Shown one piece after another: positions 5,494 through 6,834 of a DNA stretch of 6,834 nucleotides. The notes below the pieces were generated by a model. It ran no database searches. It saw only the letters and a program-made list of their open reading frames with translations, and had not been told where the DNA came from. The DNA lies in NCBI GenBank assembly GCA_018985225.1, contig JADGIF010000547.1, positions 1 to 6,834 of the forward strand, given 5' to 3'. The translations under genes were made by a program, and so were the position numbers. This DNA is from Amoeboradix gromovi X-113 (lineage: Eukaryota > Fungi > Sanchytriomycota). Position 1 is the stretch's first letter. Each line of letters opens with the position of its first letter.

Positions 5494-6421
5494 AACAGTT
5501 AAATTTACTTGGCAAGCTGCTTGCATCTGAAAAGATCATAGCAATATCAATTGGTATGCCATTTAGAGCCTGGTACACCTTACTTAATTCCCTATCATCG
5601 ATTAGTCGGATAAATATTTTACAAATGCGATATGGGAACTGATGGTAGAGAGTCGCATAGACTTGGGCGTCAACTTCAGTGGAGTCACCAACCAGTACAG
5701 CTTTACTATCTGTAATCTCCAACAACTCTATGCCTTTCCTAATCTTAAATTTCAAGGCGCTGATTGAAAACACATCACGAAGAATAAGCGGGCCATGCGG
5801 AAAATATTTTAAAATTTCTGGCACAATAAATTGGAAGCTTTGTCTGAAACCAGCACTCAAATAGACAAAACTTGCCATATCGTTCCATTCTTTATATTTC
5901 GTAACTATGTCATCGAAAGGTCTAAAGTCCTCTATGAAAAGTCTTCGGATTGCCAAGATTTTGTTAGTGACATTGGATACTTTGATAGTATCGTCAACAT
6001 CGGATATAACTAGAATAGGTTTGTTCAAATGATAAGGCTGCTGATATGAATCTGCACTTGATACTTGACTTGGAGCCATATTGGAGATTGCATGGACCTC
6101 ACCATTCGTATCAGAGATAAACTGATGCTCATACCCATCCACAAGCAATTGCACTTTTGAGTCAGAAATTGCAGAGGTCCCAAAATAACCAAATCTATGT
6201 GCCATTGTCCTTTTTTCCACATGGCCATTTGCTAATCCAACATATTGGTTGAGCTTATTCAGCCAGAAGCTGTTGAGTTTATCACACCTTAGCTTTTTAG
6301 CAATTATGACATGTTTTTGGTTACCATACGCATTTAGAACCTGAATATAGTCCTTCGTACCATATATTTTAACGCAGTTATCAAACACCTCATTCGAAAA
6401 TAAGAGTTTAAATAAAATCAT
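5492..6421 (-). CDS. APP1: App1-family Mg2+-dependent phosphatidate phosphatase (HAD-like, APP1 catalytic/DUF2183 domain), 309 aa from the first ATG
   Basis: ILVISDVDDTIK contains the DxDDT catalytic motif. FVYLS, FPHGPLILRD and VLVGDSTEVDAQVYATLYHQFPYRICKIFIR match the family pattern LVGDSGEQDPEIY..I...YP.RI..I.IR. The ORF-track start at 6487 is TTG; the first ATG is at 6421. Confidence 0.88.
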   Translation of the reverse strand: MILFKLLFSNEVFDNCVKIYGTKDYIQVLNAYGNQKHVIIAKKLRCDKLNSFWLNKLNQYVGLANGHVEKRTMAHRFGYFGTSAISDSKVQLLVDGYEHQFISDTNGEVHAISNMAPSQVSSADSYQQPYHLNKPILVISDVDDTIKVSNVTNKILAIRRLFIEDFRPFDDIVTKYKEWNDMASFVYLSAGFRQSFQFIVPEILKYFPHGPLILRDVFSISALKFKIRKGIELLEITDSKAVLVGDSTEVDAQVYATLYHQFPYRICKIFIRLIDDRELSKVYQALNGIPIDIAMIFSDASSLPSKFNC

Positions 6422-6639
6422 GTTAAAGAAATGACTGGAATAGTTTCTTTTAATAACATTTGAGGAAAATCTACGCCTTAGCGGCAAAAATGGCGCAACT
6501 GTGATTTAACATTGTTTTGTTTGTATCTGGTGCATGAAAATGATAATTGACTTAACAGACAATTTACGTATACAAATTTCACATTTTAAGTAGAACTCGC
6601 TTTGAAATTAACAAACATTTGGGATACCAAATATAAAAA

Positions 6640-6834
6640 CTAGACTAACTCGTTTTTAAAAAAGGTGCTCCATAGGGAGGAAATGCTATCATTAATAAAA
6701 GATCTTCTATTATACCAAGATTCTCTCATTAATTGTATTCCTCTTTTCAAAATAAAACTAGAAGACCCTGCATCTCGTTCAAATATATGAGGTCTTTGAG
6801 CATCTAAGCAAAAGGTGCATTTTCTTAGACGGTA
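6640..6834 (-). CDS. Possible 3' end of a CDS entering from the right edge (64 open codons, ending ...SISSLWSTFFKNELV*)
   Basis: The frame is open from 6834 to a TAG at 6642-6640. No recognisable motif and no nearby AATAAA. Confidence 0.3.
   Translation of the reverse strand, partial: YRLRKCTFCLDAQRPHIFERDAGSSSFILKRGIQLMRESWYNRRSFINDSISSLWSTFFKNELV

Noticed and set aside
5679-6228. Three short ORFs (5679-5864 +, 5831-6013 +, 6025-6228 -)
   Set aside because: All lie inside APP1, either antisense or out of frame, with no motifs.
703-6421. Non-standard genetic code (TAA/TAG read as Gln, as in some aphelids and ciliates)
   Set aside because: The AUH-like gene ends with TAA at the family's usual C-terminus, and no CDS has internal TAR codons.
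6632-6790. Plus-strand TATAAAA, GGAGG and a 35-aa ORF (6683-6790)
   Set aside because: The ORF is very short and antisense to a longer open frame. The Shine-Dalgarno-like GGAGG is only 2 nt from the ATG and is irrelevant in a eukaryotic context.

Overview
AT-rich (roughly one-third GC by eye), very gene-dense DNA that looks eukaryotic. The gene content is fungal-like and no CDS needs an intron, which fits a compact-genome early-diverging fungus or relative; that assignment is inference only. Five protein genes are well supported. Three are co-oriented on the minus strand: a 7-TM membrane protein (3425-2667), a minimal PacC/Rim101-type three-finger C2H2 protein (2495-2121) and a probably secreted calcineurin-like metallophosphoesterase with an extra C-terminal domain (2052-703). 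After a 1.27-kb divergent gap come an AUH-like enoyl-CoA hydratase (+, 4697-5467) and, converging on it 24 bp away, an App1-family phosphatidate phosphatase (-, 6421-5492). All five genes have AATAAA overlapping or just after the stop codon. The best candidate for an undescribed system is the 7TM / mini-PacC / secreted phosphatase trio. The mini-PacC leader also carries an overlapping out-of-frame uORF with WPPP and a ~112-nt multibranch stem-loop. No rRNA, tRNA, CRISPR array or intact mobile element was seen.
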